Assembly: GCA_031458695.1 (NCBI GenBank)
Contig: JAVKJW010000011.1
Location: forward strand, 1-64,000
Direction of reading: 5' to 3'
Source: Candidatus Thermofontivivens primus
GTDB lineage: Bacteria > Sysuimicrobiota > Sysuimicrobiia > Sysuimicrobiales > Thermofontiviventaceae
DNA: 64,000 nt
The first letter of the stretch is position 1; every line of letters begins with the position of its first letter. A model generated the notes under the pieces. That model saw only the letters and a list, made by a program, of their open reading frames with translations, was not told the DNA's origin and did not search any database. Shown here in pieces: positions 37,970-48,245 of the stretch. A program made the position numbers and the translations under genes.

Positions 37970-38986
37970 ATGCGCGACCTTGAAGCAAATGTGCCGAGCT
38001 TGAAGCGTACTCTCGCAGAGAGGATGCTGGGTACCCTGAAATGGTGGGTGGGAATTCTGGTGCCTTTTGGGGTCCTCGGCCTGGCCGGGTGGATTTTGCC
38101 TCTGCCGTTCGTGATGGAAGTGCTGATCTTCTCCATCTACACCATGGCATGCAACTTCCTCTTGGGGCGACTGGGGTTCATCTCCTTCGGGCAACCAGCC
38201 TATCTCGCGGCAGGTGCCTATGGAACGGCTTTCTACCTCTACTATTTTGGGACCGACCCTTATATGGGGATTGTTGCAGGGGTCCTTGCAGGGTTCGTGG
38301 TCTCGGCGCTGGCTGGCGCTGTGTTCGTGCGCCTTCGCAGCGACTACTTCGCTCTTGTGAACCTTGCTCTGACAGTGATCGTCTTTTATATGCTCCAAAA
38401 GGTCCTGGCACCCATTACCCATGGGGATAATGGGTTATGGTTCTTGGACCGTATGCGGAATACCCCAGTTTTAGACATCACGAATCCTCGTCAGCTCGCA
38501 CTATTGATATGGCTGGTTGCGGTTGCGCTATGGGCCTTCTACAAATACATCGATGGCACAATATTCGGTGCCTGTTGTTTGGCAACCAAAACAAATGAGG
38601 ACAAGGTCAAGTTCTTGGGGTACAACGATTTTGCCATTCGGTGGACGGGGTTTGTTCTCGCCAATACTACTGCAGCGCTCGCGGGGAGCCTATATGGGAT
38701 TTACTTCGGGTTCGTGAGCCCGGAGATGGCCAGCGCAGCGAGAGCAGCCGATCCTGTTGTCGTTACGATCCTGGGAGGAACAGGGACGCTCTATGGACCG
38801 CTGGTAGGAGCCCTGGCATATGTGGGGATGAAGGACCTCGTCAGCCGGCTTGTGGGGAACTGGGAGTTCTTCGTAGGGTTGCTCCTCGTCACGGTGATGC
38901 TGGCGGGCGAGAAAGGAATCTGGGGGACACTTCAGCCCATTGCCCAACGCTGGGTAGGGCGATGGGTATCTGAGTCCCGGGAGTAG
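37970..38986 (+). CDS. Liv-type ABC permease (LivM-like)
   Basis: ISFGQ, GAY, HGDNG, ILGGTGTLYGP; start approximate. Confidence 0.9.
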   Translation: MRDLEANVPSLKRTLAERMLGTLKWWVGILVPFGVLGLAGWILPLPFVMEVLIFSIYTMACNFLLGRLGFISFGQPAYLAAGAYGTAFYLYYFGTDPYMGIVAGVLAGFVVSALAGAVFVRLRSDYFALVNLALTVIVFYMLQKVLAPITHGDNGLWFLDRMRNTPVLDITNPRQLALLIWLVAVALWAFYKYIDGTIFGACCLATKTNEDKVKFLGYNDFAIRWTGFVLANTTAALAGSLYGIYFGFVSPEMASAARAADPVVVTILGGTGTLYGPLVGALAYVGMKDLVSRLVGNWEFFVGLLLVTVMLAGEKGIWGTLQPIAQRWVGRWVSESRE

Positions 38987-38993
38987 GGTAGCT

Positions 38994-39863
38994 ATGGAAG
39001 GCAATATCTGGATATCCGGTGTCATCTACGGACTGAGCATGGGGAGTATTTTCTTCCTCCTCGCAGTGGGCCTCTCCCTGTGCTTCGGCCTGATGCGGAT
39101 CATCAGCCTGGATCAATTGCTGTATTACTCCCTGGGCGCCTACATAGCCTACACAGTTGAGACGGCGATCCATCAGCCGTGGTTGTCCGTCCTCTCTGGA
39201 GCGCTCGCAGCAGGGATCGCAAGCCTCGTTGTGGAGCGGTGGGTTTTTTACCGAATCTACGCGCGCGAGCTGACCTTCACCATGATCACCTCGTTTGGGA
39301 TCCTCATTGGTGGAGTGGGAGCGATCAAGTACGTTTGGGGACTGATTCCACGCCCCGCGAGCATCCCGGTAGACATCCAAGTTTCCATCCTGGGAACCCC
39401 GGTACCCGTGTACCGGTTGATCATCGTGGCGATCGCCGCCGGGGTGTATGTTGCCATTCAGATTGTGTTGAACCGCACGGTCATAGGCAAGGCGATTCGC
39501 GCGGCAGTAGAGGATGTGGACCAGGTAGAAGGCCTGGGAGTGGATGTCTATCGACTCTTTACGTTGACCTTTGTGGGGGCAGGGATGCTCTCGGGTCTAG
39601 CCGGTGCTCTTCACGCCCCCCTGGTGATGGTCGATCCACAAATGGGACTTGAGGTGGTACCGTTCGTTTTTATGGTGGTGATCATCGGCGGGCTGGGAAG
39701 CATCAAAGGGACGTTAGTTTCGGCATTCCTCGTGGGGCAGGTGGTCTCACTGGGTTCCTTGATATATGCACCCCTGGCCCAGATGGCACCGTTCGTGGCG
39801 ATGCTTATGGTTCTCCTTGTGAAACCCACCGGGTTGTACGGCAGCCCGCTGCTCCGGCGATAA
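38994..39863 (+). CDS. Liv-type ABC permease (LivH-like)
   Basis: GLSLCFG, GKAIRA, IIGGLGS, KPTGL. Confidence 0.9.
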   Translation: MEGNIWISGVIYGLSMGSIFFLLAVGLSLCFGLMRIISLDQLLYYSLGAYIAYTVETAIHQPWLSVLSGALAAGIASLVVERWVFYRIYARELTFTMITSFGILIGGVGAIKYVWGLIPRPASIPVDIQVSILGTPVPVYRLIIVAIAAGVYVAIQIVLNRTVIGKAIRAAVEDVDQVEGLGVDVYRLFTLTFVGAGMLSGLAGALHAPLVMVDPQMGLEVVPFVFMVVIIGGLGSIKGTLVSAFLVGQVVSLGSLIYAPLAQMAPFVAMLMVLLVKPTGLYGSPLLRR

Positions 39864-39890
39864 GGAAGGTCCAATGGGGACACCTTGTAC

Positions 39891-39923
39891 TGGACGAATA
39901 TTGTATAAAATGATATAATATCC
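39891..39923 (+). promoter_or_regulatory. Extended -10 promoter/operator of gntR
   Basis: TGGACG-17-TATAAT; near-identical to 31177-31206. Confidence 0.75.
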
Positions 39924-39931
39924 ACACAGCG

Positions 39932-40621
39932 ATGCACCTTAGTGATCTTGCCTCTCTTGCGGTCCAGAGGTACCGAACGACCCCAGCCCTCATCGCGGAG
40001 GTGCTCCGGGAAGCGATTCTCAGGGGGATCCTGGAGGGTGGGATGCAGCTCCGGCAGGATGAGATTGCCAAATCCTTCGGGGTAAGTCGGATCCCCGTCC
40101 GCGAAGCCCTGCGACAGCTCGCGGGCGAAGGACTTGTGGAGTTTAAACCTCACCGCGGGGCCATTGTCTCCACGCTCTCTACAGAGGAGATCCGGGAAAT
40201 CTACGAGATCCGGATCGCCCTCGAGACCATGGCTATCCAGCTCGCCGTCCCGCAACTCACTGAGGAGGATTTAGCTCGAGCGGAGCAGATCCTTGAGGAG
40301 ATCGACCGAGAGACGGATACGGGGAGATGGAGCGAGCTGAACGGGGAATTCCACGCCACACTTTATGCCCCAGCAAAGCGCCCCCATCTTTTCTCCTTGA
40401 TCAATACCCACAGGACCAATGTGGATCGCTACCTGCGCATCTATATCTCCGTCATGAAACGAAAGCAGCGGTCCCAAGCAGAACACCGCAGAATCCTTGA
40501 GGCTTGTAGACGGAGGGATACCGAAGGGGCGGTGAAAGCATTGGAGGAGCACTTGCGAAGCGCATCTGAACAGCTCGTGACTTACCTCGAGAAGGGACAA
40601 GAAAGAGCTGTAAAGAGCTAG
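39932..40621 (+). CDS. GntR/FCD transcriptional regulator
   Basis: FGVSRIPVREAL, N.EFH, EH..I. Confidence 0.94.
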   Translation: MHLSDLASLAVQRYRTTPALIAEVLREAILRGILEGGMQLRQDEIAKSFGVSRIPVREALRQLAGEGLVEFKPHRGAIVSTLSTEEIREIYEIRIALETMAIQLAVPQLTEEDLARAEQILEEIDRETDTGRWSELNGEFHATLYAPAKRPHLFSLINTHRTNVDRYLRIYISVMKRKQRSQAEHRRILEACRRRDTEGAVKALEEHLRSASEQLVTYLEKGQERAVKS

Positions 40622-40667
40622 GCCGGACCTCCAAGGTTCTGGCCTGATCATGATGCAGGAGGATGTG

Positions 40668-41663
40668 ATGGCCGGGTTCAAGGTGGTGGTGACCGACTAC
40701 GTATTCCCCTCCCTAGATATTGAGCGTGAGATCCTTGGGGCCATTGGGGCCGAGCTGGTGCCCATGCAGGCTACTTCAGAGGAAGAGATCCTCGAAGCTG
40801 CAAGGGATGCCGATGGCCTCCTCGTGTGCTATGCTCCCGTCACGCGGCGGGTGATCGAAGGGCTCCGGAAGTGCCGGATCATCGCTCGCTACGGCATCGG
40901 GGTGGACAACGTTGCGGTCGACGCCGCAGCAGAGAGAGGGATCATCGTGACCAACGTCCCCGATTACTGCATCGAGGAGGTGAGCGACCACGCGCTGGCT
41001 CTCCTCCTCGCCTGCGCCCGCCGGATTTCCTATCTTGACCGCAAGGTCCGGAGCGGCCGCTGGGAAGCAAAAGATGCGGTCCCGATCTTCCGATTGCGAG
41101 GACAGGTTCTCGGCCTCGTGGGTTTTGGCAAGATCCCGCGGAACCTCGCAAAAAAGGCGAAGGCCCTGGGCCTGGAGGTAATCGCCTATGACCCCTATAT
41201 AGGCGCAGCGGACATGGAAGCCCAAGGAGTTGAGAAGGTCGAGCTGGAGACATTGCTCCGCAGGGCCGACTTCGTTTCCATCCACACACCCCTCACCGCA
41301 GAGACACGGGGATTGATCGGCGAAGCCCAGCTCCGGATGATGAAGCCGACAGCTTACCTCATCAACACTGCCCGCGGCCCAATCGTCAAGGAATCCGCGC
41401 TGGTCCGGGCTCTCCAGGAGGGATGGATTGCTGGGGCGGCGCTCGATGTCTTAGAGACCGAGCCCCCTCCCAGGGACCACTCTCTCTTTGCCTTGGACAA
41501 CGTCATTCTGACCCCGCATGTGGGCTTTTACTCTGAGGAGTCTCTTCGAGAACTCCAGCGGAAGGCAGCAGAGGAGGTTGCGCGAGTTCTTACAGGCCAA
41601 TCTCCTCGCTATCCGGTCACACCACTACCAACACAAACAAGGAGAGAAGGAGGTTTGCAATGA
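40668..41663 (+). CDS. D-isomer 2-hydroxyacid dehydrogenase (CtBP/PGDH-like)
   Basis: RYGIGVDN, NVPDYC, GFGKI, INTARG, LDVLETEP, TPH. Confidence 0.92.
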   Translation: MAGFKVVVTDYVFPSLDIEREILGAIGAELVPMQATSEEEILEAARDADGLLVCYAPVTRRVIEGLRKCRIIARYGIGVDNVAVDAAAERGIIVTNVPDYCIEEVSDHALALLLACARRISYLDRKVRSGRWEAKDAVPIFRLRGQVLGLVGFGKIPRNLAKKAKALGLEVIAYDPYIGAADMEAQGVEKVELETLLRRADFVSIHTPLTAETRGLIGEAQLRMMKPTAYLINTARGPIVKESALVRALQEGWIAGAALDVLETEPPPRDHSLFALDNVILTPHVGFYSEESLRELQRKAAEEVARVLTGQSPRYPVTPLPTQTRREGGLQ

Positions 41664-42880
41664 GCACGCCTTGGTTCACCGATCGTTGGTTCACAAGCCC
41701 CCACAACTTCGCCGAGGAGGTTCGCGCGGGCTTGCAATTCCCGGAGAAGATCCAGTTCCATGACATCACCCTCCGCGATGGAGAACAGCAAGCAGGCGTC
41801 GTATTCACCAAGGAAGACAAGATCCGGATCGCGGAGAAGCTAGCCGAGGTGGGGGTCCATCGCATCGAGGCTGGGATGCCCACGGTCTCTAAGTCGGATG
41901 AGGAAGCGATTAAGGAGATTGTCAAGCGCAACCTGGGCCCGAAGATCTTTGCCTTCTCCCGCTGCATGGTCTCGGACATCCAGCGGGCAGTCGATTGCGG
42001 CGTGGAGGGCGTCGTAGTCGAGATCCCCAGCAGCGAGCACATCATCGAGCTGGGATACCAGTGGCCACTGCAAAAGGCCATTGACCTTTCCGTAGAAGCT
42101 ACGCGGTACGCAAAAGAGCAAGGGCTTTATGTGGTTTTCTTTCCCATCGATGCCACGAGAGCGGATCCTAATTGGTTTCTCAACCTGATTGAACAAGTAG
42201 CCACCCATGGGCACATGGATGCCCTGGTTCTCGTGGACACGTTCGGCGGATCATCTCCACACGCGATCTCCTACTTTACGCGGAAGGTCCGGGAGCGTAT
42301 CAGGAAACCCCTTGAGGCGCATTTCCACGATGACTTCGGCATGGCCGTCGCCAACACCATTATGGCGCTCTCCTTAGGTGTGGAGGTAGCGCACGTAACG
42401 GTCTCCTCCCTGGGCGAACGGGCGGGGAATTGTGCCCTGGAGGATCTTGCTATGGCTCTCCTGACTCTCTACGGGATTGATGTGGGCCTGCGTTACGAAA
42501 AACTCTACGAGCTGTCCAAACTGGTGCGGGAGCTGGCGGGGATCTCTATCCCTCCGAACCGTCCTATTGTGGGAGATATGCTCTTCAAGGTGGAGTCGGG
42601 GATCATTGCAACGTGGCTCGCCCGGCTTAAGGACAAGCGCCCGGTAGAACTCTTCCCCTTCCACTGGAACCTCGTCGGTCAGGAGCCAGCGGAAATCGTC
42701 CTCGGGAAGGGGAGTGGTCGCGATTCCATTCTGTACTACCTGGCGGCACTGGGGTACAATGTCCCCTCTGAGGACTCGCGCGTGGACGAGATCCTCCAGC
42801 GGGTGAAGGAACGTTCCCTTGCGAAGAAGGGGTTGCTCACCATTGAGGAGTTCAAGGAGACAGTAGAACAGGTCCTATGA
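41660..42880 (+). CDS. DRE-TIM metallolyase (LeuA/homocitrate synthase-like, no regulatory domain)
   Basis: DITLRDGEQ, HFHDDFG, GERAGN, LGKGSG. Confidence 0.88.
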   Translation: MSTPWFTDRWFTSPHNFAEEVRAGLQFPEKIQFHDITLRDGEQQAGVVFTKEDKIRIAEKLAEVGVHRIEAGMPTVSKSDEEAIKEIVKRNLGPKIFAFSRCMVSDIQRAVDCGVEGVVVEIPSSEHIIELGYQWPLQKAIDLSVEATRYAKEQGLYVVFFPIDATRADPNWFLNLIEQVATHGHMDALVLVDTFGGSSPHAISYFTRKVRERIRKPLEAHFHDDFGMAVANTIMALSLGVEVAHVTVSSLGERAGNCALEDLAMALLTLYGIDVGLRYEKLYELSKLVRELAGISIPPNRPIVGDMLFKVESGIIATWLARLKDKRPVELFPFHWNLVGQEPAEIVLGKGSGRDSILYYLAALGYNVPSEDSRVDEILQRVKERSLAKKGLLTIEEFKETVEQVL

Positions 42881-43875
42881 GAAGCCAGGACATCAGGACC
42901 ATTGATGTGCACAGCCACTTCTTTCCAGCTTCATTCCTCCAGCTCGTGCAGGAGGAGGGCCCCCGACACGGTGCCCGCGTGGAGGTGCGGGAGGTAGCCC
43001 TGCTCGCGATGCCAGGCCATCCGCAGGTGCGTCTCATCCCCCCATTCGTGGACGTGGGAGCACGCGTAGAGGCCATGGACGCAATGGGGATCGACGTCCA
43101 GGCGCTCTCCCTCCCTCCTCCCATGGTGTACTGGGCCCCAGCGGATCTGGGAAGGGAGCTCGCCCGGGCCTTTAACGATGGGATCTTGGATGTGTGTCGT
43201 CGTGTGCCAGGAAGATTTGTGGGCCTGGCCACTCTCCCTTTACAGGACATCGACGCCTCCTTGGAAGAGATGGAGCGGTCGGTTCGAGATCTCGGGATGC
43301 GTGGAATCCACGTTGGGGCGAGCGTGAACGGGAGCTATCTCGACGATCCTCGCTTCCTGCCAATGTGGGAGCTAGCCCACGCGCTGGATGTCACTGTGTT
43401 CACACACCCACAGATCAACGTAGCGAGAGAGGTCCTGGACAGGCACCACCTCTTCAATACCTTGGGTTTCCCTATGGATACTACGGTGATGGCGGCACGC
43501 ATGATCTACTCTGGGCTTTTGGAGCGCCTCCCCAAACTCCGGATTGTCCTGGCCCATGGAGGGGGCGTCCTCCCGTACCTGTTGGGACGCCTCGATCATA
43601 GCTACAGCCAGCGGAGGGAGTGCCAAGAAGCTATTCCAGAACCTCCGTCCCGGTATATGAGGAACTTCTACTTTGACACACTCACACATAGCGATGCAGC
43701 TCTGTCGTTCCTGATCAGTGTGGTCGGCCCCAACCGTATCGTCCTGGGGACCGATGCGCCTTTTGATATGGCCGATCGGAGCTCTGTCGCTCGTGTGAGG
43801 CGGTTAGGCCTTTCACAAGAGATGGAGTCTGCTGTGCTCAAAGATACCGCTTGCATGCTCCTGAAGATGAAATAG
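42877..43875 (+). CDS. Amidohydrolase_2 family (ACMSD-like decarboxylase/hydratase)
   Basis: IDVHSH, FND, THP, AHGGG, GR, LGTDAPF. Confidence 0.88.
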   Translation: MRSQDIRTIDVHSHFFPASFLQLVQEEGPRHGARVEVREVALLAMPGHPQVRLIPPFVDVGARVEAMDAMGIDVQALSLPPPMVYWAPADLGRELARAFNDGILDVCRRVPGRFVGLATLPLQDIDASLEEMERSVRDLGMRGIHVGASVNGSYLDDPRFLPMWELAHALDVTVFTHPQINVAREVLDRHHLFNTLGFPMDTTVMAARMIYSGLLERLPKLRIVLAHGGGVLPYLLGRLDHSYSQRRECQEAIPEPPSRYMRNFYFDTLTHSDAALSFLISVVGPNRIVLGTDAPFDMADRSSVARVRRLGLSQEMESAVLKDTACMLLKMK

Positions 43876-43910
43876 TCAAACAAGAGATACGAGATGGGGG
43901 AGGGGTGAGT

Positions 43911-45170
43911 ATGGCATACCATGAGTTCTTGCAAGGGTACCATGAGTATCAACCCCGTCGTGTGTACAGCACGACGGCCACGGACTGGCAGGCACGGGTG
44001 GACTTTGCTCGGATGCGCCGGGACCGGCTCCAGCGCGCTCGGGAGCAAATGGAGCGATTCGACCTGGGTGGTTTGATCCTGTTTGTTGGAGAGAACATCC
44101 GCTATGTTACCGGAGTGTGGCAGGGGAACTGGAAGAACAACATCTTCATCCGCTACTGCGTCCTACCGCGTGGCAAGCCTCCGGTCTTGTTTGAGACGGT
44201 AGGTTCCGACATGATCTGCGCACAGATTGACGCGCCGTGGCTTGAGGCGGAGATCCGCCCCGCGATCACCTGGAAGTGGGCGGAGGATGCGGAAGAGGAG
44301 ATGGCCAAGCGCATGGCCCAGAGCGTGTACGATGTCCTCAAAGAGGCAGGGGTGGAGAAGGAAAAGATCGGCATTGATGTGATGGATATGCGGGCGTACC
44401 AGGCACTCACTGGGCTTGGGCTGAACATTGTCAACGGCTGGCCAGCTATGTCAGCTGCTCGCGTGGTGAAGACTCCTGATGAGTTGGAGTGTTTGAAGAT
44501 TGCTGCTGCGCATGGGGATGCGGCCATGTGGATGGCCATGCACGAGTGGGCGAAGCCCGGGGTACGTGAGTCCGAGGTTTGTGCCAAGATCAATGAGTAT
44601 CTGTACCGTAGCGGGTTTGACTTTGTCTATGACATTATCGTGGCGAGTGGCGGGAACACCAGCCCCTACCGGCGCTGGCATACGGACAAGATCATCCGGC
44701 AGGGAGACTTAATGATTGTAGATATCAATGCCATTGGGCCTGGGGGGTATTTTGTGGACTTCGTCCGGTGCTGGAAGGTTGCCGCTAAGCCTACTCCCAA
44801 GGAGAAGGACCTCTACAAGTATTGCTATGATTCCCTGTATGCGGGGATCGAGGCCCTGCGGCCAGGTGCAACCACTGCGGATGTAGCAGCCAAGTTCCCC
44901 GAGTATGATGATGACAAGTATGGCAGTGTAAGCCTCCAGCAGTTCGCCCACAGCATTGGGCTCTCCCTTTACGAGGGGATGTGGATCTCCCGGGCCTACT
45001 CCCTGAAGTACCCTGCGGAGATCAAGCAGAACATGTACTTCGCCATCGAGACCTTCTCGGGGTTCCCTGGGCTGGAGCAGACGGTGCGCCTAGAGGAGAA
45101 CGTGTGTGTTACTGACAAAGGGCCTGTCCTCTTCACCCTCTGCGAACATCCGGAGTACTGGTGGGAGTGA
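43911..45170 (+). CDS. M24 (Xaa-Pro peptidase/creatinase fold) metallohydrolase
   Basis: NIRY; D, D, H, E, E ligands in VDIN, FVDF, AHSIG, AIET, RLEEN. Confidence 0.85.
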   Translation: MAYHEFLQGYHEYQPRRVYSTTATDWQARVDFARMRRDRLQRAREQMERFDLGGLILFVGENIRYVTGVWQGNWKNNIFIRYCVLPRGKPPVLFETVGSDMICAQIDAPWLEAEIRPAITWKWAEDAEEEMAKRMAQSVYDVLKEAGVEKEKIGIDVMDMRAYQALTGLGLNIVNGWPAMSAARVVKTPDELECLKIAAAHGDAAMWMAMHEWAKPGVRESEVCAKINEYLYRSGFDFVYDIIVASGGNTSPYRRWHTDKIIRQGDLMIVDINAIGPGGYFVDFVRCWKVAAKPTPKEKDLYKYCYDSLYAGIEALRPGATTADVAAKFPEYDDDKYGSVSLQQFAHSIGLSLYEGMWISRAYSLKYPAEIKQNMYFAIETFSGFPGLEQTVRLEENVCVTDKGPVLFTLCEHPEYWWE

Positions 45171-45206
45171 GTGAAGAGGGAAGAGAAAGTTTCCTGCAAC
45201 CTAAGC

Positions 45207-45250
45207 AAGTACCCCCGGCAAAAGTCCAAGACTTTTGCCGGGGGGGCGCC
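45207..45250. repeat. REP-like perfect hairpin (family copy 2)
   Basis: AAGTA-CCCCCGGCAAAAGTC-CAA-GACTTTTGCCGGGGG, 15-bp stem. Confidence 0.75.
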
Positions 45251-45558
45251 AAAATCCGTCTATGGGATTGCGGGATGTGTGGTGATCTAGTGGTAGGTAG
45301 ACGGGGGAGGGTGACGGGGTATGTCGGCGGTGAGAGTTGCAGGGATTGGGTTTGGGATTTTTGGAGTGTTCGTTGGGGTGGGCGCTCTTCGTCTTGGGGT
45401 CGGAGGCTGGCACAACCCTGGCGCAGGCTTCTTCCCCCAAGACCCATCGGAATCGCTCTCTTGATCCTCATCCTGTTCACCCTGTACGACGGTGTCTTCA
45501 GGGCTGGGAAGGTCCGGAGGGTTCGCCTCCCCTTAGAAGCTGTGAGAGGAGAGCACTG

Positions 45559-46413
45559 ATGGAGTTCTGGATCGTACAAGCCCTCAACGGCCTCTCTTTT
45601 GGGGCGCTTCTTTTCCTCCTGGCAAGCGGCCTCTCTCTCATCTTCGGGCTGATGCGGATTGTGAACATCAGCCATGGGTCCTACTACCTGCTTGGTGCGT
45701 ACATTGGACTCTCTCTCGTGAAGGCCACGGGGAACTTCCTTGCGGCTATCCTTGGAGCGGTGGCTGTTGTGGGCGCTATCGGCGTGATGATGCAACGGTT
45801 TTTCCTCGCCCGATTGTACCGTCAGGAGCAGGCTCAGGTTCTCCTCACCATGGGATTCGCCTTCATGTTTGCAGATATCGCGCTATGGCTCTGGGGTGGG
45901 GATCCCCAGCGCATCCCCACCCCAGGATTCGTGGCGAGGTCCCTCGCTATCGGGCCCGTGGTATTCCCTGCCTACAGGCTCCTGGTTATCGGAGTGGGGA
46001 TTGTTGTGGCTGTCCTCCTCTGGCTCTTCCAGGAGAAGACGCGCATCGGGGCAATGGTGCGAGCCGCGGTGGATGATCAGGAGATGGCGCGGGGATTGGG
46101 CATCGACGTGAACAGGATTATGACGGCCATGTTCTTGGCGGGGGCAGCCCTTGCTGCCTTCGGAGGTGTGATGGGGGGGCCCTTCCTGGGTGTTTACCCG
46201 GGCCTCGATTTCGAGGTGATCCCTCTAGCATTCGCAGTGGTGATCATTGGGGGGTTAGGGAGCCTCCAGGGCGCAGTCGTGGGCAGCCTCTTGGTGGGCC
46301 TTGTGGATAATTTCGGAAAAGCGCTATTCCCGGAGTTCTCCTACTTCACCCTGTTCATCCCCATGGCCCTAGTTTTGGCCATCTGGCCAACAGGACTGTT
46401 CGGCCGGAGGTAA
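45559..46413 (+). CDS. Liv-type ABC permease (LivH-like)
   Basis: GLSLIFG..VNISHG, GAMVRA, IIGGLGS. Confidence 0.92.
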   Translation: MEFWIVQALNGLSFGALLFLLASGLSLIFGLMRIVNISHGSYYLLGAYIGLSLVKATGNFLAAILGAVAVVGAIGVMMQRFFLARLYRQEQAQVLLTMGFAFMFADIALWLWGGDPQRIPTPGFVARSLAIGPVVFPAYRLLVIGVGIVVAVLLWLFQEKTRIGAMVRAAVDDQEMARGLGIDVNRIMTAMFLAGAALAAFGGVMGGPFLGVYPGLDFEVIPLAFAVVIIGGLGSLQGAVVGSLLVGLVDNFGKALFPEFSYFTLFIPMALVLAIWPTGLFGRR

Positions 46414-46419
46414 CACACA

Positions 46420-47454
46420 GTGAGGAATGGAGCCTGGATACGGAATGTGACAGTTGCCGGGGGCGTCGTGGTGCTTCTTTTTCTTCCCCACCTCATCCCC
46501 GCTTATTACACTCACCTCCTGATCCTTACTTTCATCTATGGACTCATGGCGATGAGCCTTGACCTCCTCATGGGCTACACCGGGCTCACCTCTTTTGGCC
46601 ATGCTGCCTACTTTGGTGCAGCAGCCTATGCAGTGGGGATTCTTACCACACGGTATCACGTGCACTTTAGCGTGGCCATGTTGGGAGGGCTTATCGTTGC
46701 CTTCATGATGGCTTTGATCTTTGGTCTCATGGCCACGCGCGCGACGGAGGTCTACTTCCTCATCATTACCCTTGCTCTAGGGATGGGTGTCTGGGGGCTT
46801 GCCTATCGTTGGGTTTCCGTGACGGGCGGGGATAATGGTCTCCCTGGAATCCCTCCACCCGATCTTGGACTCCCATGGTCGTTGAGTGATCCCGTGAACA
46901 TGTACTATTTCGTCCTCACGTTCTTTACCCTTGCTTGCTTCTTCCTTTCCCGGTTCGTGCACTCTCCTTTTGGCCTGTCCCTTCGGGGTATCCGGGAGAG
47001 CGAGTCCCGGATGCGGGTCTTGGGATACCACACGTGGCTCCATAAGTACACTGTCTTCGTCATTGCGGGGACCTTCTCGGGGCTAGGGGGAGTCCTGTAT
47101 GCCTTCTACAACCGGTTCGTCAGCCCTGCAGATGTGCACATCACCGCTTCTGCCGAGGCGGTTCTCATGGTCATCCTTGGCGGTGCGGGAACATTGTTTG
47201 GACCGGTCCTTGGGGCAGGGTTGGTTGTCTTCCTCCGTAATCTCATAAGCGCCTACACGCGACGCTGGCTCCTCATCCTGGGTGTAACCTACGTCCTTGT
47301 GGTCATGTACGCACCGGGTGGTGTGATTGGGGCTATGAAGGGTACCTTTTCGAGGCTCCGGGCGAAGATGATCCCTACGCCTGTGCCAGGCGGGCATCCA
47401 CAGAAGGTGAAGCTTCAACGAGAGAACCCTGATGAGGAGGTGCTGACCCGATAA
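46420..47454 (+). CDS. Liv-type ABC permease (LivM-like)
   Basis: GYTGLTSFGHAA, TGGDNG, ILGGAGTLFGP. Confidence 0.92.
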   Translation: MRNGAWIRNVTVAGGVVVLLFLPHLIPAYYTHLLILTFIYGLMAMSLDLLMGYTGLTSFGHAAYFGAAAYAVGILTTRYHVHFSVAMLGGLIVAFMMALIFGLMATRATEVYFLIITLALGMGVWGLAYRWVSVTGGDNGLPGIPPPDLGLPWSLSDPVNMYYFVLTFFTLACFFLSRFVHSPFGLSLRGIRESESRMRVLGYHTWLHKYTVFVIAGTFSGLGGVLYAFYNRFVSPADVHITASAEAVLMVILGGAGTLFGPVLGAGLVVFLRNLISAYTRRWLLILGVTYVLVVMYAPGGVIGAMKGTFSRLRAKMIPTPVPGGHPQKVKLQRENPDEEVLTR

Positions 47455-47455
47455 C

Positions 47456-48226
47456 ATGATTCCTTCGGATGCACCAGGCACCTGTCTGGTCCTCGAGAAG
47501 GTCTCAAAGCATTTCGGAGGCCTTCGAGCGGTAGATGGGGTCACTCTGGAGATCCGAGCAGGGGAGCGCCGGGCGATTATTGGGCCCAATGGGGCTGGGA
47601 AGACGACCCTTTTCAACCTGATCACAGGGGAGTTCCCGGTCACCGCAGGGAGGATCTGGTTCTTTGGCCAGGAGATCACGCACCTTCCTCCCCACCGCCG
47701 AGCTGCCCTCGGGATTGGCCGGACCTTCCAGATTACAAACCTCTTTCCCAAGCTCACCGTGCTGGAGAATGTGTTGCTTGCGGTGCAGGGTCTACGACCC
47801 ACGAAGTACGTGATGCACAGGCCTATTTGGGGATACCCAGAGCTCCAACAGCAAGCTCGGCACCTCATCGAACGGGTTGGCCTCTGGGAGAAGCGGGATC
47901 TTCCTCTCACCAACCTCTCCTATGGAGAACAGCGCCAGGTGGAGGTCCTCCTCGCCCTGGCAGGCGGGCCGAAACTCTTGCTTCTCGACGAGCCAACGGC
48001 AGGGCTTTCTCCTGGGGAGACCCGTGTGATCGTTGAGATCATCCGCTCCCTCGACCCCACCATCACTGTGTTGTTGATTGAGCATGACATGGACGTTGCT
48101 TTTGAGGTGGCCGATCGGATCACCGTCCTCCATTTTGGAAGGGTATTGGCAGAGGGGACGAAAGCAGAAATCAAGGCAAACCGGGAGGTGCAGAACATCT
48201 ACCTGGGAGCTGGGACGGGATCCTGA
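47456..48226 (+). CDS. Liv-type ABC ATPase (LivG-like)
   Basis: GPNGAGKT, LSYGEQR, DEPTAG, IEHDM. Confidence 0.94.
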   Translation: MIPSDAPGTCLVLEKVSKHFGGLRAVDGVTLEIRAGERRAIIGPNGAGKTTLFNLITGEFPVTAGRIWFFGQEITHLPPHRRAALGIGRTFQITNLFPKLTVLENVLLAVQGLRPTKYVMHRPIWGYPELQQQARHLIERVGLWEKRDLPLTNLSYGEQRQVEVLLALAGGPKLLLLDEPTAGLSPGETRVIVEIIRSLDPTITVLLIEHDMDVAFEVADRITVLHFGRVLAEGTKAEIKANREVQNIYLGAGTGS

Positions 48227-48245
48227 GAGGTTCCAAGGGGAAGGG

